This document shows, piece by piece, positions 1-14,600 of a DNA stretch of 64,000 bases. The DNA lies in assembly GCF_009914755.1 (NCBI RefSeq), contig NC_060939.1, one strand, 5' to 3'. The position numbers and the translations under genes are program-made. The notes beneath the pieces are model-generated. The model was not told the DNA's origin, did not search any database, and was given only the letters and a program-made list of their open reading frames with translations. This DNA comes from the human T2T-CHM13v2.0 reference genome, Homo sapiens. Each line of letters starts with the position of its first letter. Within the stretch, counting starts at the first letter, position 1.

Positions 1-2483
1 CATTGCTTTCCATTCTATTACATTCCATTGCATTACATTCCATTCCATTTGATTGCATTCCATTCAATTCCATTAATTTCGAATCAATTACATTGCAATC
101 CATTGCATTCGAGTTCTATTCCAGTCCATTGCATTCCGGCGCATTCCGTTCCATTCCATTCCATTCGATTCCGTTCCCTTCGAATCGATTGCATTGCAAT
201 GCTTTACATTCGAGTCCGTTTTATTCCAGTCCAATCCATTCCGTTCCATTCCGTTCGATTCCATTCCATTCGATGCCACTCCATACTATTGTATTTCATT
301 CGATTCCATTCTATTCAAATAAATTCCATTCGAGACCATTCCTTTCGAGTCCATTCTATTTGAGTCCATTCCATTCGAGTCCATTATATTTGGGTCCATT
401 CCATTCAATTCCATTGCAATCCATTCCATTCGATGTCACTCCATTCATTTCTATTCCATTAGAGTCCATGTCATTCGAGTCCATTCCATTCTATTCTATT
501 CCACTCCATTCCATTCCATTCCACTCCATTCCATTCGTTGCCGTTCCATTCAATTCTATTATATTCCACTCCATTTAATTCCATTCCATTCCATTCCATT
601 CCATTCTATCCAATTCCGTTCCATTCTATTCCTTTAAAGTCCATTCCATTCCATTCCATACGTTTCCATTCCATTCGAGTAAAGTCCACTCCAGTCCTTT
701 CCATTCGAGTCCATTCCTCTCCAGTCCATTCCGTTCAATCCATTCCATTCCAGTCCATTCCATTCGAGTCCGTTCCATTCCAGTCCATTCCATTCGAGTC
801 AATTCCATTCCATTCGATATCTTTCCATAACGATCCATTCCATTCTATTCCTTTCGATTCCATTCAATTCCATTCCATTCTATTTCATTCTATTCGATTC
901 CCTTCCATTGGACTCCTTTCCATTCGAGTGCATTCCATTCCGTTCCATTTCTTTCTGTTCTGTATGATTCCTACCATTCGATTTCATTTTGTTCCAGTCT
1001 ATTCCTTTCACGTCCATTCCATTCCATTTCACTCCATTCGATTCCATTCCACTCGATTCCCCTCCGTTCCATTTCATTGCATTCCATTCTATTCAATTCT
1101 ATTGCATTCCATTCCATTCCATTTGATTACATTCCATGCGATTCCATTCGAATTCGAATCAATTACATTGAAATCCATTACTATTGAGTCCGTTTTACTC
1201 CAGTCCACTCCATTCTGCTCCATTCCATTTGATTCCATTCCATTCTATTCCATTCCGTACAGTTGCATTCCATTGGATTCCATTCTATATCTATACATGC
1301 AACTCGAGACCATTGCTTTTGAGTCCATTCTATATGATTCCATTCCATTCAAGTCCATTACATTTGGTTCAATTCCATTCCATTCCATTCCCTTCCATTC
1401 CATTCCATTTGATATCAATCCATTCGATTCCATTCCATTCGAGCACATTCCAATCGAGTCCATTCCATTCGATGCCATACCATTTGATTCTATTCCATTA
1501 GACTCCATTCAATTCCATTAATCTCCATTCCATTCCATTCTACTCCAACTGATTCCATGCCATTCTATTCCTTTCCATTCCATTCCATTCCATTCGCTTC
1601 TATTCCATTCGTGTCCATTCCACTCCAGTCCATTCCATTCGTGTCCATTCCATTCCAGTCCATTCCATTTGTGTCCACTGCATTCCATTCCACTCCATTC
1701 CATATTATTCCATTACACTCCATTCCATTCTATTACTTTCATTTCCATTCAGTTCCATTCCATTTGATTCCATTCCACTCGGTTTCACTCCACTTGAGTC
1801 CATTCCATTCCATTCCATTCTGTTCCATTCCATTCCATTCCATTCCATTCTGTTCCATTCCATTCCATTCCATTCCATTCCATTCCATTCCATTCGGTAC
1901 CATTCCATATTGTTCCATTCGATTCCATTCGAATCCATTCCATTCCAGTCCATTCCATTCGATTCCATTCCATTCATTTCAATTCCATTCCATTCCATTC
2001 GATTCCACTTGATTCCACTCCATTCCCTTCCACTGCATTCCATTCGATTCCCTTCCATTGCATTGCATTCCATTCCATTGGATTGCATTCCATTCGATTC
2101 TATTCCATTCGAATCTATTACATAGCAATCCATTACATTCGAGTCTGTTCTATTCCGTTGCACTCGATTTCGTTCCAATCCATTCGATTCCATTCCATTC
2201 GATTCCATTCCATACTATTGCATTCCATTCGATTAAATTATATTCGAATAAATTCCATTCAAGACCATTTCTGTTGAGTCCATTCTACTTGAGTCCATTC
2301 CCTTTGATTCCATAACATTTGAGTCCATTCAATTCCATTCCTTTCGTTTCCATTCCATTTGATGCCATTCCATTCAATTCTGTTCTACTCGACTCCAATA
2401 CATTCAATTCCATTCCAGCCGATTCCATTACATTCTTTTCATTTCTTATCCATTTCAAGCCATTCCATTCCATTCCACTCGTT

Positions 2484-4228
2484 TCCTTTCCATTCGAGTC
2501 CATTCCACTCCAGTCCATTCCATTCGAATCCATTTCACTCCAGTCCATTCCATTCGAATCCGTTTCACTCCAGTCCATTAAATTCGAGTACATTCCATTC
2601 CATTCTATTCAATGCCATTCCATTCGATTCTATTCCATTCGACACCATTCCTTTCCATTCCGTTCCATCCGATTCCATTCCATTGTATTCCATTCAATTC
2701 CATTCCATTGCATTCCATTCGTTTCCATTCCATTCGAATTCATTCCACTCAAGTCCATTCCATTCGAGTCCATTCCATTCGATATCATTGCATACTATTG
2801 CATTCCATTCGATTCCATTGTTTTCGAATAAATTCCAACCGAGACCATTCCTTTCGTGTCCTTTCTATTTGACTGCATTCCATTTGAGTCCATTAAATTT
2901 CTGCACATTCCATTCCTTTCCATTCCATTCCATTCCATTCCTTTCGGTGCCATTCCATTCCACTCTACTCCATTCAAGTCCATTCCATTTGAGTCCATTC
3001 CATTGATTCGATGCCATTACATTCAATTCTATTCCATTCCAATCCATTCCATTCCATTTCCTTCCAAACGATTCCATTCCATTCTATTACTTTCTATTCC
3101 AATCCATTCCATTCCGTTCCATTCGTTTCCATTCCATTCGAGTCCACTCCATTCCATTCCATTCCATTCGATTCCATTTCATTCCTGTCCATTCCATTCA
3201 AGTCCATTCCACTCCATTCCATTCCATTCGATATCTTTTGATAACACCCCATTCCATTCTGCTCCTTACAATTCAATTCAATTCCAGTCCATTTGATTCC
3301 ATTCCATTTGATTACATTCCATTCGACTCCATTCCATTCGACTCTATTCCATTCGAGTCCATTCCATTCCATTCCACTGCATTCCGTTCGAATCCCTATT
3401 CCATTCCATTTTGTTACTGTCCATTCCATTTGAGTCCATTCCATGCCAAACCATTCCATTCGATTCCATTCCAATAGATTCCATTGCACTCGAATCCAGT
3501 GCGTTCCATTCCATTGCTTCCCATTCTATTACATTCCATTGCATTACATTCCATTCCATTTGATTGCATTCCATTCAATTCCATTAATTTCGAATCAATT
3601 ACTTTGCAATCCATTGCATTCGAGTTCTATTCCAGTCCAATGCATTCCGGCGCATTCCGTTCCATTCCATTGCATTCGATTCCGTTCCATTCGAATCGAT
3701 TGCATTGCAATGCATTACATTCGAGTCCGTTTTATTCCAGTCCAATCCATTCCGTTCCATTCCGTTCGATTCCATTCCATTCGATGCCACTCCATACTAT
3801 TGTATTTCATTCGATTCCATTCTATTCAAATAAATTCCATTCGAGACCATTCCTTTCGAGTCCATTCTATTTGAGTCCATTCCATTCGAGTCCATTATAT
3901 TTGGGTCCATTCCATTCAATTCCATTGCAATCCATTCCATTCGATGTCACTCCATTCATTTCTATTCCATTAGAGTCCATGTCATTCGAGTCCATTCCAT
4001 TCTATTCTATTCCACTCCATTCCATTCCATTCCACTCCATTCCATTCGTTGCCGTTCCATTCAATTCTATTATATTCCACTCCATTTAATTCCATTCCAT
4101 TCCATTCCATTCCATTCTATCCAATTCCGTTCCATTCTATTCCTTTAAAGTCCATTCCATTCCATTCCATACGTTTCCATTCCATTCGAGTAAAGTCCAC
4201 TCCAGTCCTTTCCATTCGAGTCCATTCC
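2484..4228 (+). repeat. ~1.72 kb block specific to the 3.5 kb unit (representative copy), flanked by a 23-bp direct repeat
   Basis: tcctttccattcgagtccattcc occurs at 2484-2506 and 4206-4228, 1,722 bp apart. In 1.8 kb units the left and right flanks are joined through one copy (e.g. ~39725-39780). Confidence 0.88.
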
Positions 4229-5639
4229 TCTCCAGTCCATTCCGTTCAATCCATTCCATTCCAGTCCATTCCATTCGAGTCCGTTCCATTCCAGTCCATT
4301 CCATTCGAGTCAATTCCATTCCATTCGATATCTTTCCATAACGATCCATTCCATTCTATTCCTTTCGATTCCATTCAATTCCATTCCATTCTATTTCATT
4401 CCATTCGATTCCCTTCCATTGGACTCCTTTCCATTCGAGTGCATTCCATTCCGTTCCATTTCTTTCTGTTCTGTATGATTCCTACCATTCGATTTCATTT
4501 TGTTCCAGTCTATTCCTTTCACGTCCATTCCATTCCATTTCACTCCATTCGATTCCATTCCACTCGATTCCCCTCCGTTCCATTTCATTGCATTCCATTC
4601 TATTCAATTCTATTGCATTCCATTCCATTCCATTTGATTACATTCCATGCGATTCCATTCGAATTCGAATCAATTACATTGAAATCCATTACTATTGAGT
4701 CCGTTTTACTCCAGTCCACTCCATTCTGCTCCATTCCATTTGATTCCATTCCATTCTATTCCATTCCGTACAGTTGCATTCCATTGGATTCCATTCTATA
4801 TCTATACATGCAACTCGAGACCATTGCTTTTGAGTCCATTCTATATGATTCCATTCCATTCAAGTCCATTACATTTGGTTCAATTCCATTCCATTCCATT
4901 CCCTTCCATTCCATTCCATTTGATATCAATCCATTCGATTCCATTCCATTCGAGCACATTCCAATCGAGTCCATTCCATTCGATGCCATACCATTTGATT
5001 CTATTCCATTAGACTCCATTCAATTCCATTAATCTCCATTCCATTCCATTTTACTCCAACTGATTCCATTCCATTCTATTCCTTTCCATTCCATTCCATT
5101 CCATTCGCTTCTATTCCATTCGTGTCCATTCCACTCCAGTCCATTCCATTCGTGTCCATTCCATTCCAGTCCATTCCATTTGTGTCCACTGCATTCCATT
5201 CCACTCCATTCCATATTATTCCATTAAACTCCATTCCATTCTATTACTTTCATTTCCATTCAGTTCCATTCCATTTGATTCCATTCCACTCCGTTTCACT
5301 CCACTTGAGTCAATTCCATTCCACTCCATTCTGTTCCATTCCATTCCATTCCATTCCATTCCATTCGGTACCATTCCATATTGTTCCATTCGATTCCATT
5401 CGAATCCATTCCATTCCAGTCCATTCCATTCGATTCCATTCCATTCCTTTCAATTCCATTCCATTCCATTCGATTCCACTTGATTCCACTCCATTCCCTT
5501 CCACTGCATTCCATTCGATTCCATTCCATTGCATTGCATTCCATTCCATTGGATTGCATTCCATTCGATTCCATTCCATTCGAATCAATTACATAGCAAT
5601 CCATTACATTCGAGTCTGTTCTATTCCGGTTGCACTCGA

Positions 5640-8600
5640 TTTCGTTCCAATCCATTCGATTCCATTCCATTCGATTCCATTCCATACTATTGCATTCCAT
5701 TCGATTAAATTATATTCGAATAAATTCCATTCAAGACCATTTCTGTTGAGTCCATTCTACTTGAGTCCATTCCCTTTGATTCCATAACATTTGAGTCCAT
5801 TCAATTCCATTCCTTTCGTTTCCATTCCATTTGATGCCATTCCATTCAATTCTGTTCTACTCGACTCCAATACATTCAATTCCATTCCAGCCGATTCCAT
5901 TACATTCTTTTCATTTCTTATCCATTTCAAGCCATTCCATTCCATTCCACTCGTTTCCTTTCCATTCGAGTCCATTCCACTCCAGTCCATTCCATTCAAA
6001 TCCATTTCACTCCAGTCCATTCCATTCGAATCCGTTTCACTCCAGTCCATTAAATTCGAGTACATTCCATTCCATTCTATTCAATGCCATTCCATTCGAT
6101 TCTATTCCATTCGACACCATTCCTTTCCATTCCGTTCCATCCGATTCCATTCCATTGTATTCCATTCAATTCCATTCCATTGCATTCCATTCGTTTCCAT
6201 TCCATTCGAATTCATTCCACTCAAGTCCATTCCATTCGAGTCCATTCCATTCGATATCATTGCATACTATTGCATTCCATTCGATTCCATTGTTTTCGAA
6301 TAAATTCCAACCGAGACCATTCCTTTCGTGTCCTTTCTATTTGACTGCATTCCATTTGAGTCCATTAAATTTCTGCACATTCCATTCCTTTCCATTCCAT
6401 TCCATTCCATTCCTTTCGGTGCCATTCCATTCCACTCTACTCCATTCAAGTCCATTCCATTTGAGTCCATTCCATTGATTCGATGCCATTACATTCAATT
6501 CTATTCCATTCCAATCCATTCCATTCCATTTCCTTCCAAACGATTCCATTCCATTCTATTACTTTCTATTCCAATCCATTCCATTCCGTTCCATTCGTTT
6601 CCATTCCATTCGAGTCCACTCCATTCCATTCCATTCCATTCGATTCCATTCCATTCCTGTCCATTCCATTCAAGTCCATTCCACTCCATTCCATTCCATT
6701 CGATATCTTTTGATAACACCCCATTCCATTCTGCTCCTTACAATTCAATTCAATTCCAGTCCATTTGATTCCATTCCATTTGATTACATTCCATTCGACT
6801 CCATTCCATTCGACTCTATTCCATTCGAGTCCATTCCATTCCATTCCATTGCATTCCGTTCGAATCCCTATTCCATTCCATTTTGTTACTGTCCATTCCA
6901 TTTGAGTCCATTCCATGCCAAACCATTCCATTCGATTCCATTCCAATAGATTCCATTGCACTCGAATCCAGTGCGTTCCATTCCATTGCTTTCCATTCTA
7001 TTACATTCCATTGCATTCCATTCCATTCCATTTGATTGCATTCCATTCAATTCCATTAATTTCGAATCAATTACATTGCAATCCATTGCATTCGAGTTCT
7101 ATTCCAGTCCATTGCATTCCGGCGCATTCCGTTCCATTCCATTCCATTCGATTCCGTTCCATTCGAATCGATTGCATTGCAATGCATTACATTCGAGTCC
7201 GTTTTATTCCAGTCCAATCCATTCCGGTCCATTCCGTTCGATTCCATTCCATTCGATGCCACTCCATACTATTGTATTTCATTCGATTCCATTCTATTCA
7301 AATAAATTCCATTCGAGACCATTCCTTTCGAGTCCATTCTATTTGAGTCCATTCCATTCGAGTCCATTATATTTGGGTCCATTCCATTCAATTCCATTGC
7401 AATCCATTCCATTCGATGTCACTCCATTCATTTCTATTCCATTAGAGTCCATGTCATTCGAGTCCATTCCATTCTATTCTATTCCACTCCATTCCATTCC
7501 ATTCCACTCCATTCCATTCGTTGCCGTTCCATTCAATTCTATTATATTCCACTCCATTTAATTCCATTCCATTCCATTCCATTCCATTCTATCCAATTCC
7601 GTTCCATTCTATTCCTTTAAAGTCCATTCCATTCCATTCCATACGTTTCCATTCCATTCGAGTAAAGTCCACTCCAGTCCTTTCCATTCGAGTCCATTCC
7701 TCTCCAGTCCATTCCGTTCAATCCATTCCATTCCAGTCCATTCCATTCGAGTCCGTTCCATTCCAGTCCATTCCATTCGAGTCAATTCCATTCCATTCGA
7801 TATCTTTCCATAACGATCCATTCCATTCTATTCCTTTCGATTCCATTCAATTCCATTCCATTCTATTTCATTCCATTCGATTCCCTTCTATTGGACTCCT
7901 TTCCATTCGAGTGCATTCCATTCCGTTCCATTTCTTTCTGTTCTGTATGATTCCTACCATTCGATTTCATTTTGTTCCAGTCTATTCCTTTCACGTCCAT
8001 TCCATTCCATTTCACTCCATTCGATTCCATTCCACTCGATTCCCCTCCGTTCCATTTCATTGCATTCCATTCTATTCAATTCTATTGCATTCCATTCCAT
8101 TCCATTTGATTACATTCCATGCGATTCCATTCGAATTCGAATCAATTACATTGAAATCCATTACTATTGAGTCCGTTTTACTCCAGTCCACTCCATTCTG
8201 CTCCATTCCATTTGATTCCATTCCATTCTATTCCATTCCGTACAGTTGCATTCCATTGGATTCCATTCTATATCTATAAATGCAACTCGAGACCATTGCT
8301 TTTGAGTCCATTCTATATGATTCCATTCCATTCAAGTCCATTACATTTGGTTCAATTCCATTCCATTCCATTCCATTTGATATCAATCCATTCGATTCCA
8401 TTCCATTCGAGCACATTCCAATCGAGTCCATTCCATTCGATGCCATTCCATTTGATTCTATTCCATTAGACTCCATTCAATTCCATTAATCTCCATTCCA
8501 TTCCATTCTACTCCAACTGATTCCATTCCATTCTATTCCTTTCCATTCCATTCCATTCCATTCGCTTCTATTCCATTCGTGTCCATTCCACTCCAGTCCA

Positions 8601-11600
8601 TTCCATTCGTGTCCATTCCATTCCAGTCCATTCCATTTGTGTCCACTGCATTCCATTCCACTCCATTCCATATTATTCCATTACACTCCATTCCATTCTA
8701 TTACTTTCATTTCCATTCAGTTCCATTCCATTTGATTCCATTCCACTCGGTTTCACTCCACTTGAGTCCATTCCATTCCATTCCATTCTGTTCCATTCCA
8801 TTCCATTCCATTCCATTCTGTTCCATTCCATTCCATTGCATTCCATTCCATTCCATTCCATTCGGTACCATTCCATATTGTTCCATTCGATTCCATTCGA
8901 ATCCATTCCATTCCAGTCCATTCCATTCGATTCCATTCCATTCCTTTCAATTCCATTCCATTCCATTCGATTCCACTTGATTCCACTCCATTCCCTTCCA
9001 CTGCATTCCATTCGATTCCATTCCATTGCATTGCATTCCATTCCATTGGATTCCATTCCATTCGATTCCATTCCATTCGAATCAATTACATAGCAATCCA
9101 TTACATTCGAGTCTGTTCTATTCCGTTGCACTCGATTTCGTTCCAATCCATTCGATTCCATTCCATTCGATTCCATTCCATACTATTGCATTCCATTCGA
9201 TTAAATTATATTCGAATAAATTCCATTCAAGACCATTTCTGTTGAGTCCATTCTACTTGAGTCCATTCCCTTTGATTCCATAACATTTGAGTCCATTCAA
9301 TTCCATTCCTTTCGTTTCCATTCCATTTGATGCCATTCCATTCAATTCTGTTCTACTCGACTCCAATACATTCAATTCCATTCCAGCCGATTCCATTACA
9401 TTCTTTTCATTTCTTATCCATTTCAAGCCATTCCATTCCATTCCACTCGTTTCCTTTCCATTCGAGTCCATTCCCTCCAGTCCATTCCATTCGAATCCAT
9501 TTCACTCCAGTCCATTCCATTCGTATCCGTTTCACTCCAGTCCATTAAATTCGAGTACATTCCATTCCATTCTATTCAATGCCATTCCATTCGATTCTAT
9601 TCCATTCGACACCATTCCTTTCCATTCCGTTCCATCCGATTCCATTCCATTGTATTCCATTCAATTCCATTCCATTGCATTCCATTCGTTTCCATTCCAT
9701 TCGAATTCATTCCACTCAAGTCCATTCCATTCGAGTACATTCCATTCGATATCATTCCATACTATTGCATTCCATTCGATTCCATTGTTTTCGAATAAAT
9801 TCCAACCGAGACCATTCCTTTCGTGTCCTTTCTATTTGACTGCATTCCATTTGAGTCCATTAAATTTCTGCACATTCCATTCCTTTCCATTCCATTCCAT
9901 TCCATTCCTTTCGGTGCCATTCCATTCCACTCTACTCCATTCAAGTCCATTCCATTTGAGTCCATTCCATTGATTCGATGCCATTACATTCAATTCTATT
10001 CCATTCGAATCCATTCCATTCCATTTCCTTCCAAACGATTCCATTCCATTCTATTACTTTCTATTCCAATCCATTCCATTCCGTTCCATTCGTTTCCATT
10101 CCATTCGAGTCCACTCCATTCCATTCCATTCCATTCGATTCCATTCCATTCCTGTCCATTCCATTCAAGTCCATTCCACTCCATTCCATTCCATTCGATA
10201 TCTTTTGATAACACCCCATTCCATTCTGCTCCTTACAATTCAATTCAATTCCAGTCCATTTGATTCCATTCCATTTGATTACATTCCATTCGACTCCATT
10301 CCATTCGACTCTATTCCATTCGAGTCCATTCCATTCCATTCCATTGCATTCCGTTCGAATCCCTATTCCATTCCATTTTGTTACTGTCCATTCCATTTGA
10401 GTCCATTCCATGCCAAACCATTCCATTCGATTCCATTCCAATAGATTCCATTGCACTCGAATCCAGTGCGTTCCATTCCATTGCTTTCCATTCTATTACA
10501 TTCCATTGCATTCCATTCCATTCCATTTGATTGCATTCCATTCAATTCCATTAATTTCGAATCAATTACATTGCAATCCATTGCATTCGAGTTCTATTCC
10601 AGTCCATTGCATTCCGGCGCATTCCGTTCCATTCCATTCCATTCGATTCCGTTCCATTCGAATCGATTGCATTGCAATGCATTACATTCGAGTCCGTTTT
10701 ATTCCAGTCCAATCCATTCCGGTCCATTCCGTTCGATTCCATTCCATTCGATGCCACTCCATACTATTGTATTTCATTCGATTCCATTCTATTCAAATAA
10801 ATTCCATTCGAGACCATTCCTTTCGAGTCCATTCTATTTGAGTCCATTCCATTCGAGTCCATTATATTTGGGTCCATTCCTTTCAATTCCATTGCAATCC
10901 ATTCCATTCGATGTCACTCCATTCATTTCTATTCCATTAGAGTCCATGTCATTCGAGTCCATTCCATTCTATTCTATTCCACTCCATTCCATTCCATTCC
11001 ACTCCATTCCATTCGTTGCCGTTCCATTCAATTCTATTATATTCCACTCCATTTAATTCCATTCCATTCCATTCCATTCCATTCTATCCAATTCCGTTCC
11101 ATTCTATTCCTTTAAAGTCCATTCCATTCCATTCCATACGTTTCCATTCCATTCGAGTAAAGTCCACTCCAGTCCTTTCCATTCGAGTCCATTCCTCTCC
11201 AGTCCATTCCGTTCAATCCATTCCATTCCAGTCCATTCCATTCGAGTCCGTTCCATTCCAGTCCATTCCATTCGAGTCAATTCCATTCCATTCGATATCT
11301 TTCCATAACGATCCATTCCATTCTATTCCTTTCGATTCCATTCAATTCCATTCCATTCTATTTCATTCCATTCGATTCCCTTCTATTGGACTCCTTTCCA
11401 TTCGAGTGCATTCCATTCCGTTCCACTTCTTTCTGTTCTGTATGATTCCTACCATTCGATTTCATTTTGTTCCAGTCTATTCCTTTCACGTCCATTCCAT
11501 TCCATTTCACTCCATTCGATTCCATTCCACTCGATTCCCCTCCGTTCCATTTCATTGCATTCCATTCTATTCAATTCTATTGCATTCCATTCCATTCCAT

Positions 11601-14600
11601 TTGATTACATTCCATGCGATTCCATTCGAATTCGAATCAATTACATTGAAATCCATTACTATTGAGTCCGTTTTACTCCAGTCCACTCCATTCTGCTCCA
11701 TTCCATTTGATTCCATTCCATTCTATTCCATTCCGTACAGTTGCATTCCATTGGATTCCATTCTATATCTATAAATGCAACTCGAGACCATTGCTTTTGA
11801 GTCCATTCTATATGATTCCATTCCATTCAAGTCCATTACATTTGGTTCAATTCCATTCCATTCCATTCCATTTGATATCAATCCATTCGATTCCATTCCA
11901 TTCGAGCACATTCCAATCGAGTCCATTCCATTCGATGCCATTCCATTTGATTCTATTCCATTAGACTCCATTCAATTCCATTAATCTCCATTCCATTCCA
12001 TTCTACTCCAACTGATTCCATTCCATTCTATTCCTTTCCATTCCATTCCATTCCATTCGCTTCTATTCCATTCGTGTCCATTCTACTCCAGTCCATTCCA
12101 TTCGTGTCCATTCCATTCCAGTCCATTCCATTTGTGTCCACTGCATTCCATTCCACTCCATTCCATATTATTCCATTACACTCCATTCCATTCTATTACT
12201 TTCATTTCCATTCAGTTCCATTCCATTTGATTCCATTCCACTCGGTTTCACTCCACTTGAGTCCATTCCATTCCATTCCATTCTGTTCCATTCCATTCCA
12301 TTCCATTCCATTCTGTTCCATTCCATTCCATTGCATTCCATTCCATTCCATTCCATTCGGTACCATTCCATATTGTTCCATTCGATTCCATTCGAATCCA
12401 TTCCATTCCAGTCCATTCCATTCGATTCCATTCCATTCCTTTCAATTCCATTCCATTCCATTCGATTCCACTTGATTCCACTCCATTCCCTTCCACTGCA
12501 TTCCATTCGATTCCATTCCATTGCATTGCATTCCATTCCATTGGATTGCATTCCATTCGATTCCATTCCATTCGAATCAATTACATAGCAATCCATTACA
12601 TTCGAGTCTGTTCTATTCCGTTGCACTCGATTTCGTTCCAATCCATTCGATTCCATTCCATTCGATTCCATTCCATACTATTGCATTCCATTCGATTAAA
12701 TTATATTCGAATAAATTCCATTCAAGACCATTTCTGTTGAGTCCATTCTACTTGAGTCCATTCCCTTTGATTCCATAACATTTGAGTCCATTCAATTCCA
12801 TTCCTTTCGTTTCCATTCCATTTGATGCCATTCCATTCAATTCTGTTCTACTCGACTCCAATACATTCAATTCCATTCCAGCCGATTCCATTACATTCTT
12901 TTCATTTCTTATCCATTTCAAGCCATTCCATTCCATTCCACTCGTTTCCTTTCCATTCGAGTCCATTCCACTCCAGTCCATTCCATTCAAATCCATTTCA
13001 CTCCAGTCCATTCCATTCGAATCTGTTTCACTCCAGTCCATTAAATTCGAGTACATTCCATTCCATTCTATTCAATGCCATTCCATTCGATTCTATTCCA
13101 TTCGACACCATTCCTTTCCATTCCGTTCCATCCGATTCCATTCCATTGTATTCCATTCAATTCCATTCCATTGCATTCCATTCGTTTCCATTCCATTCGA
13201 ATTCATTCCACTCAAGTCCATTCCATTCGAGTCCATTCCATTCGATATCATTGCATACTATTGCATTCCATTCGATTCCATTGTTTTCGAATAAATTCCA
13301 ACCGAGACCATTCCTTTCGTGTCCTTTCTATTTGACTGCATTCCATTTGAGTCCATTAAATTTCTGCACATTCCATTCCTTTCCATTCCATTCCATTCCA
13401 TTCCTTTCGGTGCCATTCCATTCCACTCTACTCCATTCAAGTCCATTCCATTTGAGTCCATTCCATTGATTCGATGCCATTACATTCAATTCTATTCCAT
13501 TCCAATCCATTCCATTCCATTTCCTTCCAAACGATTCCATTCCATTCTATTACTTTCTATTCCAATCCATTCCATTCCGTTCCATTCGTTTCCATTCCAT
13601 TCGAGTCCACTCCATTCCATTCCATTCCATTCGATTCCATTCCATTCCTGTCCATTCCATTCAAGTCCATTCCACTCCATTCCATTCCATTCGATATCTT
13701 TTGATAACACCCCATTCCATTCTGCTCCTTACAATTCAATTCAATTCCAGTCCATTTGATTCCATTCCATTTGATTACATTCCATTCGACTCCATTCCAT
13801 TCGACTCTATTCCATTCGAGTCCATTCCATTCCATTCCATTGCATTCCGTTCGAATCCCTATTCCATTCCATTTTGTTACTGTCCATTCCATTTGAGTCC
13901 ATTCCATGCCAAACCATTCCATTCGATTCCATTCCAATAGATTCCATTGCACTCGAATCCAGTGCGTTCCATTCCATTGCTTTCCATTCTATTACATTCC
14001 ATTGCATTCCATTCCATTCCATTTGATTGCATTCCATTCAATTCCATTAATTTCGAATCAATTACATTGCAATCCATTGCATTCGAGTTCTATTCCAGTC
14101 CATTGCATTCCGGCGCATTCCGTTCCATTCCATTCCATTCGATTCCGTTCCATTCGAATCGATTGCATTGCAATGCATTACATTCGAGTCCGTTTTATTC
14201 CAGTCCAATCCATTCCGGTCCATTCCGTTCGATTCCATTCCATTCGATGCCACTCCATACTATTGTATTTCATTCGATTCCATTCTATTCAAATAAATTC
14301 CATTCGAGACCATTCCTTTCGAGTCCATTCTATTTGAGTCCATTCCATTCGAGTCCATTATATTTGGGTCCATTCCATTCAATTCCATTGCAATCCATTC
14401 CATTCGATGTCACTCCATTCATTTCTATTCCATTAGAGTCCATGTCATTCGAGTCCATTCCATTCTATTCTATTCCACTCCATTCCATTCCATTCCACTC
14501 CATTCCATTCGTTGCCGTTCCATTCAATTCTATTATATTCCACTCCATTTAATTCCATTCCATTCCATTCCATTCCATTCTATCCAATTCCGTTCCATTC

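Noticed and set aside
80-92. cgaatcaatta as a DUX4 site, or gaa/ttc words as heat-shock elements
   Set aside because: It mismatches the DUX4 TGATT...ATTA core, and I found no clear nGAAnnTTCnnGAAn triple by eye.
2484-4228. The 1.72 kb block as a mobile element with a target-site duplication
   Set aside because: The block is itself HSat3, with no terminal inverted repeats, poly(A) tail or coding capacity. The flanking repeat is better explained as recombination homology.
8266-8285. TATA-like tatatctataaa once per unit as a promoter
   Set aside because: It is a diverged copy of the ttcgaataaatt submotif, has no supporting promoter context, and is altered in some units (ctatacat, ctgtaaat).
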